DNA of 20,000 bases from Ferroacidibacillus organovorans (GTDB lineage: Bacteria; Bacillota; Bacilli; Alicyclobacillales; SLC66). Positions 1 to 10,765 of the stretch are shown here, in pieces (positions within the stretch are counted from its first letter, which is position 1; each line of letters starts with the position of its first letter). The notes under the pieces are model-generated. The model did not search any database, was not told where the DNA came from, and was given only the letters and a program-made list of their open reading frames with translations. The stretch lies in contig NZ_LSUQ01000002.1 in NCBI RefSeq assembly GCF_001642725.1, positions 115,525 to 135,524 of the forward strand, read 5' to 3'. Made by a program: the position numbers and the translations under genes.

Positions 1-30
1 TCCGAATCTAACAGAAAGAGGGGAAAAAAC

Positions 31-1581
31 GTGGCGCGTGACTCAGTGGAGCAGTCGAGGCATGACGAGGAAATGCTTCACAAGCTCGGGTACAGGCAAG
101 ATCTGGCGCGGGCGATGGGTGGATTTTCGAACTTTGCGATCTCATTTACCATCATCAGTATTTTGTCAGGATGTCTCACACTATTTTCCTTCGGCCTGAC
201 CAGCTCTGGTACGACTGCCGCGTCCATCGGGTGGCCGATCGTAGCCCTATGTGTGATGCCGGTGGCCATATCTATGGCAGAAATCGCATCCGCCTACCCC
301 ACGGCCGGCGGCCTCTACTATTGGGCCAGTAAACTGGGTGGGCCGGCGTGGGGCTGGTTTACAGCTTGGTTCAACTTGATTGGGCAAGTGGCGATCACCG
401 CCGGAATTGTCTACGGTCTCTCCATCTTCGTCGATGCGCTTATCAACCAGTTCGCACCCGGCTTCCCGGCCAGCGGCCATGCTGGTGCCATCGCTACACT
501 CGTCATCTACGCCATCATTTTGCTCGTCGGTGCGTTCATCAACTTCGCAGGCGTCAACGTCGTCTCGACCCTAAATTCCATTAGCGCCTGGTGGCATATG
601 ATTGGCGTGGTCATCATCGTTGCAGCCGTACTGTTCTTCGCACCGATCCATCCGCATCCTTGGCACTTCGCCTACGCGACGAATCAATCATCGAGCGGCT
701 TCCCCAACTGGTATGGGTTCCTTATCGGTCTGTTACTCGCCCAATACACATTCACTGGCTATGACGCGTCGGCTCACGTCTCCGAGGAGACCGTCGGTGC
801 GGACAAGAATGCGCCCCGCGGAATCATCCTGTCGGTTGCCGTGTCTGCCATCGCAGGCTATGTACTCCTGATGGGTCTAGTCTTCGCGATACCGGACCTG
901 ACCAAAACCATGGCTTCTACGAATCCGGTTCTGTACATCTTGACCACGCGTCTTGGCGTGTCAATCGGAACCACACTCTTTATCATCGCGCTGTGTGCCC
1001 AGTTCTTCTGCGGGACCGCATCGATTACCGCAAACTCTCGCATGATCTACGCCTTTGCGCGCGATCGCGGTATTCCCGGTTGGAAGAAGTGGAGCAAGAT
1101 CAACAAGGAAAAACACGTCCCCACGAACGCCATTTGGCTCGCCGTCGTCTGCGCCTTCATTCTAGCCTTGCCAGCCCTGTTCAGTACCGTGATCTACGCA
1201 GCCGTCACTTCAATCGCCACGATTGGGCTCTACGTCGCCTACGTAACGCCGGTGTTTCTTCGCCGTATCCACCCGGAACGTATGCCCCAGGGTTCGTTTC
1301 AACTCGGCAAGTGGGGTGTGTTTCTGGGTTGGTGGTCTGTCGCTTGGGTCATCTTCATATGCATTCTATTCATGCTCCCAACCGTTGGACCGGTGACGCT
1401 GTCTAACTTCAACTTTACTCCGGTGGTTCTGCTCGTCGTATTTGCCTTCCTCGTCCCTTGGTGGTTCAGTAGCGTGAAAAACTGGTTCCACGGACCGATC
1501 CGAGAGATTGACGAGGAACCGACGGTCGCGACGAATCAGTTCCAATTGCGGATGGGTGACCCGTTGAAACTTGATGAATGA
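31..1581 (+). CDS. APC-superfamily amino acid/amine permease
   Basis: 516 aa with many hydrophobic segments; motifs FSNFAISFTIISI, MAEIASAYPTAGGLYYW, FTGYDASAHVSEET, SRMIYAFARD; GTG start after AGAGGGG. Confidence 0.92.
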   Translation: MARDSVEQSRHDEEMLHKLGYRQDLARAMGGFSNFAISFTIISILSGCLTLFSFGLTSSGTTAASIGWPIVALCVMPVAISMAEIASAYPTAGGLYYWASKLGGPAWGWFTAWFNLIGQVAITAGIVYGLSIFVDALINQFAPGFPASGHAGAIATLVIYAIILLVGAFINFAGVNVVSTLNSISAWWHMIGVVIIVAAVLFFAPIHPHPWHFAYATNQSSSGFPNWYGFLIGLLLAQYTFTGYDASAHVSEETVGADKNAPRGIILSVAVSAIAGYVLLMGLVFAIPDLTKTMASTNPVLYILTTRLGVSIGTTLFIIALCAQFFCGTASITANSRMIYAFARDRGIPGWKKWSKINKEKHVPTNAIWLAVVCAFILALPALFSTVIYAAVTSIATIGLYVAYVTPVFLRRIHPERMPQGSFQLGKWGVFLGWWSVAWVIFICILFMLPTVGPVTLSNFNFTPVVLLVVFAFLVPWWFSSVKNWFHGPIREIDEEPTVATNQFQLRMGDPLKLDE

Positions 1582-1596
1582 GGAGGCAACGTAGAA

Positions 1597-3081
1597 ATGG
1601 GATCTATGCAACGGTCAACAAGTCCATTGAATCTATCGAATCTCGTAGATCGCAATGCGCATTTTATCGATGGAGAGTGGGTGACGTCGACAAGCGGCGC
1701 GCTCGACGTCATCAACCCCGCAAACGGTGAGATTGTTGGCCGCGTCCCGAACGGGGGCGCGGTGCAAGCCGGAAAAGCGATCGAAGCCGCCTATCGGGCA
1801 CAGCGTGAATGGGCCGCCATGACACCTGCGGAACGGGCAGTCTACATGCATGCCTGGGCCGCGCGTATCCGTGACAACGCTGTCGAACTCGCACGAATTC
1901 TCACAAGTGAGCAGGGCAAACCCCTGTCAGAGTCTCTCGAAGAGGCGGAAGGCGCGGCGCTGTTCATCGAGTGGTATGCGGAGGAAGGCAAGCGAGCTTA
2001 TGGGGAGACCATTCCAGCGCTCGCGCGTAATAAGCGAATTCTCGTGCTTCCGCAGCCCGTCGGCGTCACAGCCCTCATCACGCCGTGGAATTACCCAGGA
2101 ACGATGGTCGCGCGCAAGGGAGCTCCGGCGCTCGCCGCCGGCTGCACTGTCGTATTAAAGCCGGCCAGCCAGACGCCACTTACTGCCGTGGCACTCGTTG
2201 CACTTGCACAGGAGGCCGGCTTTCCTGCAGGGGTCATCAACCTGGTGACGGGAAAATCGAGCGAAATTGGTGAAGAATTTATGACGAACGCGAAGGTGCG
2301 CAAGGTGTCGTTCACGGGATCAACCGAAATCGGCAAGCTGCTCATCCGCTCATCCGCAGAGCAGGTCAAGCGTCTGTCACTTGAACTCGGCGGAAACGCA
2401 CCCTTCATCGTCTTTCCGGATGCCGACCTCGATGCTGCGGTTGCGGCCGCAGTCGGCAACAAGTTTGAAAACTGTGGACAGATGTGCAATGGAATCAATG
2501 TGATATACGTGCACAAGGATGTTGCGCAAAAATTCTCGAGGAAGGTGACGCAGAGAGTTGCTAACCTCAAGGTCGGTAGCGGTCTGGAAGAGGACGTGCA
2601 ACTCGGACCCGTAATTGACCACCGAGCCGTGGCGTTCGTCGACGAATTGGTCCAAGATGCCGTGCAAAAGGGCGCCAAAGTAGAAATCGGAGGCGGCTGT
2701 CTGACCGAAACGCCGTACCAGAAAGGATCGTTTTACGCGCCCACAGTCCTGACTGGCGTGACGACGGAGATGCGGATCGCGCAGGAGGAGGTATTCGGAC
2801 CCGTCGCACCCATCGTCACTTTTTCGTCGGAGGAAGAAGTTCTCGCCATGGCAAATGCCACCCCGTTCGGACTCGCCGCCTATGTGTTCACCAAGGATGT
2901 CCGACGCGTATTCGAAGTATCTGAGCAGCTTGAATTCGGCATGGTCGGCGTCAACAGCGCCTCGCTTAGTGTACCTCAGGCGCCGTTCGGCGGAATCAAG
3001 CAGAGTGGTCAAGGCCGGGAAGGCGGCCATCACGGGCTCGAAGAGTTTATGGAGATTAAGTACATCTCGCTCACACTTTGA
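1597..3081 (+). CDS. NAD(P)-dependent aldehyde dehydrogenase, GabD/SSADH-like
   Basis: ITPWNYP, KPASQTP, SFTGSTEIG, LELGGNAP (catalytic Glu), ENCGQMC (catalytic Cys), EEVFGP, PFGGIKQSG; RBS GAGGAGG. Confidence 0.93.
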   Translation: MGSMQRSTSPLNLSNLVDRNAHFIDGEWVTSTSGALDVINPANGEIVGRVPNGGAVQAGKAIEAAYRAQREWAAMTPAERAVYMHAWAARIRDNAVELARILTSEQGKPLSESLEEAEGAALFIEWYAEEGKRAYGETIPALARNKRILVLPQPVGVTALITPWNYPGTMVARKGAPALAAGCTVVLKPASQTPLTAVALVALAQEAGFPAGVINLVTGKSSEIGEEFMTNAKVRKVSFTGSTEIGKLLIRSSAEQVKRLSLELGGNAPFIVFPDADLDAAVAAAVGNKFENCGQMCNGINVIYVHKDVAQKFSRKVTQRVANLKVGSGLEEDVQLGPVIDHRAVAFVDELVQDAVQKGAKVEIGGGCLTETPYQKGSFYAPTVLTGVTTEMRIAQEEVFGPVAPIVTFSSEEEVLAMANATPFGLAAYVFTKDVRRVFEVSEQLEFGMVGVNSASLSVPQAPFGGIKQSGQGREGGHHGLEEFMEIKYISLTL

Positions 3082-3104
3082 TAAATCGTGAAGGGGACGC
3101 AGCG

Positions 3105-4493
3105 ATGAGAACACAAAACAGCAGGAGCACCACAGCACTCGACCATCTCGTCGAGCAGATCCGCGCGGGCGCGATTGAAACGGTCATCGTCGCCTTCTGC
3201 GACATGCAAGGGAGACTTGTTGGAAAGCGCTTGACCGGGCAGTACACACTCGACCATGTCATTGAGGACGGTATACACTTCTGCGTGTACCTGCTTGGAA
3301 CCGATATGGAGTTGAATACGCCGCCCGGTTTCCCGGACATGGGTTGGGGACAAGGATACGGCGACTGGACCGCACGCCCGGACTGGTCGACGGTACGCAC
3401 GCTTCCGTGGCACGAAAAAACGGCACTTGTTCTATCAGACGTGACCGATCACGCAGGTAACCTCATCGCAGTCGCTCCTCGCACTGTTTTGCGGCGGCAA
3501 CTTGAGCGTGCGGCGAATCTCGGCTTCACCGTGAAGATAGCGTCCGAACTCGAATTTTATTTATTGGATGAGTCGTACGACGCGGCGCACGCGAAGAACT
3601 ACCAAAGCCTTGCGCTCGCTGGCACCTATTACGAGGACTATCAGCTTCTGCAGGCATCGCGCAATGAACCATTCTACGCAAAGCTCCGTAAGCAGCTCTC
3701 TTTGGCCGGGATTCCGATTGAAGGTACAAAGGGTGAAGCCGGAGTGGCCCAGCACGAGATCAACGCCTACTATACTGACGCGTTAGAGGCCGCCGATCGA
3801 CATGTACTGCTCAAGCACGGCGCGAAGGAGATCGCGATTCAAAACGGCCGTGCCGTCTCCTTCATGGCTAAACCGGATCACTCGTGGACGGGATCGAGCA
3901 GCCATATCCACTTGAGTCTGTGGGATCAAAAGGACGTCAACGCCTTCTTTGATTCATCGTCCGACCTGCACCAGATGTCGGACATGATGCGTCACTTCCT
4001 CGCCGGCCTGATTGTTCATATTCGCGAACTATCGTTATTGTTCGCACCCTATGTGAATTCGTACAAGCGATTCATGACAGCGAGTTGGGCTCCAACGCAC
4101 ATCGTCTGGGGCGTCGACAACCGCACCTGCGGGCTGCGCGTCGTCGGACACAGCAATGGCAAGCGCATCGAGAACCGCTTCCCGGGCGCGGACACGAACC
4201 CGTATCTCGCTACCGCCGCGATGTTGGTCGCTGGACTCGACGGAATCGAAAACCGAATCGCGTTGCCTCCAGAGTGGGTCGGCAACGGTTATGTGGCGCA
4301 AGATGTCCATGCCGAGTCTCTGCCGACCTCCCTGTACGAGGCCATCCGGGCGTTCGAAACGAGCGAGTTTGCGAAAAATGCACTCGGTGAGAACGTTTAT
4401 CAACACTATCTAAATGCAGCACGCGTGGAACAACGTGCTTACGACCAGGTCGTCACGAACTGGGAGAAACGGCGCTACTTTGAGCGGGTTTAG
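3105..4493 (+). CDS. Glutamine synthetase-like gamma-glutamyl-amine ligase (GlnA4/PuuA type)
   Basis: DMQGRLVGKR, GWGQGYGD, APRTVLRRQL, ELEF, QHEI, FMAKP..TGSSSHIHLSL, NSYKR, WGVDNRT, RIENRFPGADTNPYL. ATG 3105 after AAGGGG preferred over 3078. Recalled resemblance to Streptomyces GlnA4. Confidence 0.9.
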   Translation: MRTQNSRSTTALDHLVEQIRAGAIETVIVAFCDMQGRLVGKRLTGQYTLDHVIEDGIHFCVYLLGTDMELNTPPGFPDMGWGQGYGDWTARPDWSTVRTLPWHEKTALVLSDVTDHAGNLIAVAPRTVLRRQLERAANLGFTVKIASELEFYLLDESYDAAHAKNYQSLALAGTYYEDYQLLQASRNEPFYAKLRKQLSLAGIPIEGTKGEAGVAQHEINAYYTDALEAADRHVLLKHGAKEIAIQNGRAVSFMAKPDHSWTGSSSHIHLSLWDQKDVNAFFDSSSDLHQMSDMMRHFLAGLIVHIRELSLLFAPYVNSYKRFMTASWAPTHIVWGVDNRTCGLRVVGHSNGKRIENRFPGADTNPYLATAAMLVAGLDGIENRIALPPEWVGNGYVAQDVHAESLPTSLYEAIRAFETSEFAKNALGENVYQHYLNAARVEQRAYDQVVTNWEKRRYFERV

Positions 4494-4605
4494 TGTGCAG
4501 CAAAGAATATGGATGCGCTTCGACTGATTTGAATAGATGTCTTACAGCCAGCAGGCACTCTGAATTAAGAAGATCCTTTAAACAGAAAAAGGGAGGCAGC
4601 CGAAC

Positions 4606-5373
4606 ATGCGATTGAAAGATAAGGTATGTGTGATCACCGGTGCAGGTGGAGGCATGGGTCTCAAAGCCGCAGAGCGATTCGCCGAGGAAGGGGGCCGGAT
4701 CGCGATCTTCGAGATAAGCGAGGCGATCGGTCAGAAAGCGGAGGAGTCTATCCGCGCGCAGGGCGGCGACGCGAAGTTTTTCGCGTGTGACGTGTCGAAT
4801 GAGGGGAGTGTTAAGGTCGCAGTCGCCGCCGCGGTCGAGACGTTTGGGCGACTGGACGTGCTTTATAACAATGCGGGAATCATGCCAGAAGCGGACCACT
4901 CCGTCCTCGATACGAGCGTCGAAATGTGGGATAAGGTCATGGCTGTCAACGTACGCAGCATCTTCCTGACCTGCAAGTACGTGATCCCGCACATGCTGGA
5001 GAAAAAATCAGGATCAATCATCAACATCGCATCCTTCGTCGCGATGGTCGGTTGCAGCGTGCCGCAAGACGCGTACACAGCATCGAAAGGCGCTGTGATC
5101 TCGCTGACCAAGTCACTCGCTATCCAATTCCGACCGCAGGGTGTGCGTTCGAACGCAATCTGCCCTGGCCCTATCGAGACACCTCTCATGACGGAGTGGC
5201 TGCTAAAGGACGAAGAGGCCAAGCGAATCCGTCTGAACCGCCAGCCAAGCGGGCGCTTTGGCCGACCGGAAGATATCGTCAACTGCGCGCTTTACCTCGC
5301 ATCGGACGAGTCGGATTGGACAAATGGCGCGGTCATGGTCGTCGACGGCGGCATCACGAGCAACTATTTCTAG
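4606..5373 (+). CDS. Classical short-chain dehydrogenase/reductase
   Basis: TGAGGGMG, NNAG, catalytic YTASK, ICPGPIET, VDGG; RBS GGGAGG. Confidence 0.93.
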   Translation: MRLKDKVCVITGAGGGMGLKAAERFAEEGGRIAIFEISEAIGQKAEESIRAQGGDAKFFACDVSNEGSVKVAVAAAVETFGRLDVLYNNAGIMPEADHSVLDTSVEMWDKVMAVNVRSIFLTCKYVIPHMLEKKSGSIINIASFVAMVGCSVPQDAYTASKGAVISLTKSLAIQFRPQGVRSNAICPGPIETPLMTEWLLKDEEAKRIRLNRQPSGRFGRPEDIVNCALYLASDESDWTNGAVMVVDGGITSNYF

Positions 5374-5570
5374 CAAAGCTGAAAAGTAGCGCCGTTGGCA
5401 CTCTACGCTCCCGAAAAGTCAATAGGAACGCTTACACATTTGCCACTAAATTAAACTTCCGGACCTATGAGGCTGCTCTAACAAGAAACCGTCGAAATTC
5501 CGATTAATATATTCAAAATTAACAGCGATTTAATGCTGAGAGACGATCTAACTCTAAGGAGGATCGAGAG

Positions 5571-6272
5571 ATGAACCCTAAAGCCCGTATCCTACTAGTG
5601 GATGACGAGTCGATCGTTCGCATGGATATGCGTGAAATGCTAATGCTTGAGGGCTACGACGTTGTTGCTGAGGCGTCGAATGGCGAAACTGCCATTGAGC
5701 AGACGCTGCGCCATCAGCCGGACCTCATTGTGATGGACATTAAGATGCCGAAAATGGACGGCATCACCGCTAGCCGCATCATCGATCAAACGTGGCGCAT
5801 CCCCATCCTCTTGCTTACAGCATACAACCAGTCGCAGCTTATTGATGATGCAAAGGAAGCCGGGATTTTCGGATACTTGGTCAAGCCGATCACAGAGTTG
5901 GACCTCGCCCCGGCGATTGAAATAGCCCTCGCCCAAGCTGAGCGCCTAAGGCGGCTCATTAATGAGAAGTCAGAACTCGAGGAGCGATTGAAGGAGCGTA
6001 AGCTGATCGAGCGGGCGAAAGGTGTGCTGATGGATCACAGCGGGAGCACGGAGGCTGAAGCCTATCAATGCATGCGCTCTCAAGCGATGAATCGGCAGGC
6101 ATCACTCGCAGTGGTTGCAAAAAAGATTCTCGCTGAACACCAGCGGACGGATGCACGACGCGCATCATCCGCGCCGATGGCGACAATGTCAGTCCCTGCG
6201 AACCGAGAACCTTCAGGACTCAACACTTTCATCAATTCCATCTTGGAAGGTGAGTTCCATGGAGAGCGTTGA
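5571..6272 (+). CDS. ANTAR-domain response regulator (EutV/PdtaR-like)
   Basis: Receiver (LLVDDE, MDIKMP, LLTAY, YLVKP), coiled coil, ANTAR (ERKLIERAKGVLM...EAEAYQCMRSQAM); RBS AAGGAGG. Confidence 0.93.
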   Translation: MNPKARILLVDDESIVRMDMREMLMLEGYDVVAEASNGETAIEQTLRHQPDLIVMDIKMPKMDGITASRIIDQTWRIPILLLTAYNQSQLIDDAKEAGIFGYLVKPITELDLAPAIEIALAQAERLRRLINEKSELEERLKERKLIERAKGVLMDHSGSTEAEAYQCMRSQAMNRQASLAVVAKKILAEHQRTDARRASSAPMATMSVPANREPSGLNTFINSILEGEFHGER

Positions 6273-7824
6273 CGCCAACCCCACTGCCAGCCTCATCACG
6301 TCCGTGTGCCGGACAAAATCCGACCTGAACGAGGCTGAGATCAAGGAAATCGTCCGCGTCGCCGGCCACTTGCAGATGATGGCTGATCTCAACGGATCCG
6401 ACGTGTTTATCGACTGCCTCTGGAGAGGGCGTGAAGACCAAGCTGTCGTCGTCGCTCAGGCTAAACCGGCAACTGGAAAGAGCCTCTACTCTGAGTTCAT
6501 CGTCGGGCAACGCATCCTGCGCGACAACGAGCCCGGCGTCTTTTACGCTTTCCAGACCGACAAGTATGTGACTGGCACCCGCGCCATCACGAACGAGAAT
6601 GTCACGATCCAGCAGAAAATCCTGCCGATTCATGGGCCAGGCAGGAAGTCCAGAGCGACAGGCGTACTCGGCACAGGTGTCCACGCCACATCCGACACCT
6701 ATGTTGGCGACACCTCCTCTACACCTGCCACCGCCTCCCCCAGTCGACTCATCGGTGTCATAATCCTCGAACAGGACATCTCTACGCAGGTCATTCAGGA
6801 GCAAGCGGCACGCTTGTTCCAACAGACAGCGGAGGACCTCGGTGAAACCCTGTGGGAAGTCGCCGTTGCCGAGATTAACCTGCCGAGCCTTATCCATGAG
6901 GGTGTCATCCTGTGCAATTCGGAACATCTATTTACTTACATCAACCCTACAGCACGCCAATGGTTCGAGAAATTACGGCAGCCAAGGCCAGAGATGGGCT
7001 CGCCGCTCGCATCCGTGTTTTCCGGAGTGCTAGAACATGTGCTTCAGAATGCGCACGACCGTGGCGTAGAGGCGCGCGAGTTTACCTTTGGCGACAATAC
7101 CGTACTCGTGAAGGCCATCTCCATTCAACGAAAAGGAACATTTAAAGGCGGTCTGATTCTCCTCTCGGACATTACGGAACTGCGTGACAAGGAGCGTCAG
7201 CTATCCATCAAGTCGGCGGTTATAAAGGAGATCCACCATCGCGTTAAGAACAACCTTCAGACCATCTCGAGCCTGCTACGGTTGCAGATGCGGAGGACGA
7301 AATCAGAGGAGATCCGTACCGCGTTTTATGACAGCATCCACCGCATCAAAACCATCGCGCTTGTGCACCAGACGCTTTCGCAAAGCGGGATTGAGTTCGT
7401 TGAACTCCGCCAGTTGATAGAGTCCATCGCGTCGATGTTGATCCAAACCGCTGGCCATCCTGACCGAATGGTGTCGTATCGTGTAGAGGCAGACGACATT
7501 TCGCTGCCGTCAGAAAAGGCGACGCCAGTGGCATTGATTCTGAACGAACTCATTCAAAACTGTCTCGATCACGCCTTTGAACACCAAACCGCTTGCCGAA
7601 TCACAGTGTCCGTGGTATATGGTGATGGCGAACTCCGATTGGTCGTTCAAGACAACGGACAAGGCTGGGATCTGCTCAAGAGCGGCGAAGCGTTAGGGAC
7701 TCGCATCGTCGAAACCCTGGTGACCGAAGATTTGAGCGGCCGTATCGACTACGCGAATTGTGATGGCATGCGCGTTACCGTGTGTCTCCCCATTCGTTGG
7801 ACGACTCCTGGAATTCCCAGCTGA
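6259..7824 (+). CDS. Cytoplasmic sensor histidine kinase (EutW/PdtaS-like; GAF-like N-term, PAS, HisKA_2, HATPase)
   Basis: ATG 6259 after GGAAGGTGA; DVFIDC..SLY..NEPGV N-terminal motifs typical of EutW; KEIHHRVKNNLQTISSLLRLQ; NELIQN, QDNGQG; no TM helix. Confidence 0.92.
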   Translation: MESVDANPTASLITSVCRTKSDLNEAEIKEIVRVAGHLQMMADLNGSDVFIDCLWRGREDQAVVVAQAKPATGKSLYSEFIVGQRILRDNEPGVFYAFQTDKYVTGTRAITNENVTIQQKILPIHGPGRKSRATGVLGTGVHATSDTYVGDTSSTPATASPSRLIGVIILEQDISTQVIQEQAARLFQQTAEDLGETLWEVAVAEINLPSLIHEGVILCNSEHLFTYINPTARQWFEKLRQPRPEMGSPLASVFSGVLEHVLQNAHDRGVEAREFTFGDNTVLVKAISIQRKGTFKGGLILLSDITELRDKERQLSIKSAVIKEIHHRVKNNLQTISSLLRLQMRRTKSEEIRTAFYDSIHRIKTIALVHQTLSQSGIEFVELRQLIESIASMLIQTAGHPDRMVSYRVEADDISLPSEKATPVALILNELIQNCLDHAFEHQTACRITVSVVYGDGELRLVVQDNGQGWDLLKSGEALGTRIVETLVTEDLSGRIDYANCDGMRVTVCLPIRWTTPGIPS

Positions 7825-7987
7825 ATGTCGTTACTGTAGCAAATAATCCACGTGCTATAGGTATATTTGAAATTGTCCACATGGAGTTACCATTTCGACT
7901 TGAAAGTAGGTTTATTCGGAGAAACTTAACGGAATCTTAATGGACGAACTCGTCATAGCCAAGCTACCTTGGATAGGTACAACCTGT

Positions 7988-8395
7988 TTATAATCTGTTA
8001 TAGATTTCATTCTCGACAGCTTCCAACCATTCCGGCGTACCTGCAGTGATTGCTATGTGTTCAAACCAGCTGTCTTTTGTGGCACCATGCCAGTGTTTTA
8101 CACCATCCTGTGTGACAATCACATCACCAGCTTTTAAGCTTTGAGCAGGCTTTCCTTCTTCCTGGTACCAACCCTCGCCACCAGTCACTAATAAAAGTTG
8201 AAACCCGTTCCGATGAATATGCCAGTTGTTTCTGCAACCAGGCTCAAAGGTTACATTCCCAACGCCAACATTCACTTGCAGATCAGCAACTAATGTTTGG
8301 AGGTAACTTTGTCCCACAAAATATTGTGCATATGCCTCATTTTTCTCTCCCACTGGAAAAATGACACCATTTTTTACTTCTTCATATTTTGCCAT
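7988..8395 (-). CDS. Cupin-domain protein
   Basis: VTFEPGCRNNWHIH, GEGWYQEEG, GVKHWHGA; start 8395 (MAKYEE) after AAAGGGTG. Confidence 0.88.
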   Translation of the reverse strand: MAKYEEVKNGVIFPVGEKNEAYAQYFVGQSYLQTLVADLQVNVGVGNVTFEPGCRNNWHIHRNGFQLLLVTGGEGWYQEEGKPAQSLKAGDVIVTQDGVKHWHGATKDSWFEHIAITAGTPEWLEAVENEIYNRL

Positions 8396-8630
8396 TGTAA
8401 AACACCCTTTCTTCGTTTTCTGGAATGACTTCATTGACGCAAGCGAGTGCGTTCAGCGTTCTCGGAAAGCCCATATACGGGAGGCTATGTATAATGGCAG
8501 CGATCATGGTTTCCTTGCTATTTCCCACATTGAGGTTGCCCTGCACATGTGCCTTTACTTGCCCTTCGCAGCCTCCTAAACTGCTTACGACGCACAGTGT
8601 CAGCAACTCCCGCGTTTTCAAATCGATAAT
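8382..8630 (-). pseudogene. 5'-truncated carboxymuconolactone decarboxylase/AhpD-like protein
   Basis: DLKTRELLTLCVVSSLGG..QVKAHVQGNLNVGN..LPYMGFPRTLNAL is a CMD-type C-terminal repeat; upstream sequence runs into a terminator hairpin with no convincing RBS/start. Confidence 0.72.
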
Positions 8631-8663
8631 TCCTATTCTGATGTCCGATGGTTCTTCAATGCA

Positions 8664-8703
8664 ACAAGAAACAGGGCACGATTTAAGCTGGCCCATTTCT
8701 TGT
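8664..8703 (-). terminator. Probable intrinsic terminator of the AKR gene
   Basis: Imperfect hairpin ACAAGAAA-TGGGC...GCCC-TG-TTTCTTGT immediately after the stop at 8706. Confidence 0.55.
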
Positions 8704-8705
8704 GT

Positions 8706-9686
8706 TCAAATTGCACCAACAACTCGATGCGGCACATAGGGCTCTTCTAAATGTGCAATTTCTTCAGATGTTAACCGAAGCGAGAGTGCGGCAACCGCAT
8801 CATCAAGGTGGGAGGATTTCGTAGCGCCGATAATTGCGGCGGTGACCGGCTGTTTCTGTAACAACCACGCAAGTGCGATGTGAGCGCGGGGAACTCCATG
8901 CTTAGAAGCCAGTTCAGCCACTCGGTCTATAATGACTTGATCAGCGTCCGCCATCGCATCGTATTTCCTCTTTTGAACTTGATCCGTTTCAGCACGATGT
9001 GTTTTTTCCCCCTGGTCCCGCGTCAATCTTCCAGATGCAAGCGGGCTATATGGAATCACACCGATCTTCTCTTCCCTGCAAAGGGGTAGCATCTCCCGTT
9101 CCTCTTCACGGTAGATGAGGTTTAGATGGTTTTGCATCGATACAAACCGAGTCCACCCGTTTTCCTCGGCGACATTCAGTGCCTTTAAAAACTGCCACGC
9201 ATACATCGCAGAAGCGCCAATGTATCTTACTTTTCCTGCCTTCACCACATCATGAAGGGCTTCCATGGTTTCTTCGATAGGCGTATTGTAATCCCAGCGA
9301 TGAATCTGGTACAAATCAACGTAATCGGTTCCGAGTCTCTTGAGACTGTTGTCAATCTCCGTCATGATTGCCTTTCTTGACAGCCCAGCCCCATTTGGAC
9401 CTTCATGCATCTGGAAAAAGACTTTCGTTGCGATGACAACTTCGTCTCGCTTGGCATAGTCCTTGAGTGCCCTTCCGACAAATTCTTCGCTGGTCCCATC
9501 CGAGTATACGTTGGCTGTATCGAAAAAATTGATTCCCAGATCGAGCGCCTGTTTCATAATCTGACGGCTGGTCTCTTCATCGCGTACCCACGGATGCGTC
9601 CAACGCTCCGCTACACCAAAGCCCATGCACCCAAGACAGATGCGAGATACATCCAAGCCAGTGCCTCCGAGTTTCACATATTCCAT
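8706..9686 (-). CDS. Aldo-keto reductase (YajO-like)
   Basis: VSRICLGCMGFG, FFDTANVY, ATK, DLYQIHRWD, GKVRYIGAS, IPYSPLASG. Confidence 0.92.
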   Translation of the reverse strand: MEYVKLGGTGLDVSRICLGCMGFGVAERWTHPWVRDEETSRQIMKQALDLGINFFDTANVYSDGTSEEFVGRALKDYAKRDEVVIATKVFFQMHEGPNGAGLSRKAIMTEIDNSLKRLGTDYVDLYQIHRWDYNTPIEETMEALHDVVKAGKVRYIGASAMYAWQFLKALNVAEENGWTRFVSMQNHLNLIYREEEREMLPLCREEKIGVIPYSPLASGRLTRDQGEKTHRAETDQVQKRKYDAMADADQVIIDRVAELASKHGVPRAHIALAWLLQKQPVTAAIIGATKSSHLDDAVAALSLRLTSEEIAHLEEPYVPHRVVGAI

Positions 9687-9743
9687 TTTCGCACCCCTTC
9701 TCTCAGCTCATTTGGCTTGCACCATTAGACTGCCAGCTCCGAT

Positions 9744-10694
<951 letters not shown>

Positions 10695-10765
10695 CTGTCA
10701 TGAAAGAATCGATGAGTGTGGATTATAATCGTAGCAATCAAGAGTTCAGAAATGAGGAGGATTTT

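Noticed and set aside
4494..4605. ANTAR dual-hairpin target before the SDR
   Set aside because: AGCAAAG-like text is present, but there are no paired stems with ANNGNN hexaloops and no terminator.
2091..5282. Long antisense ORFs (2091-2678, 2377-3138, 4453-4992, 4863-5282)
   Set aside because: Shadows of well-supported GC-rich + strand genes.
5374..5570. ANTAR target or sigma-54 promoter before the regulator
   Set aside because: Small stems have the wrong loop size; TGGCAC lacks a correctly spaced TTGC.
8664..8703. GGGCAC-containing dyad as a cassette site
   Set aside because: Better explained as the AKR terminator.
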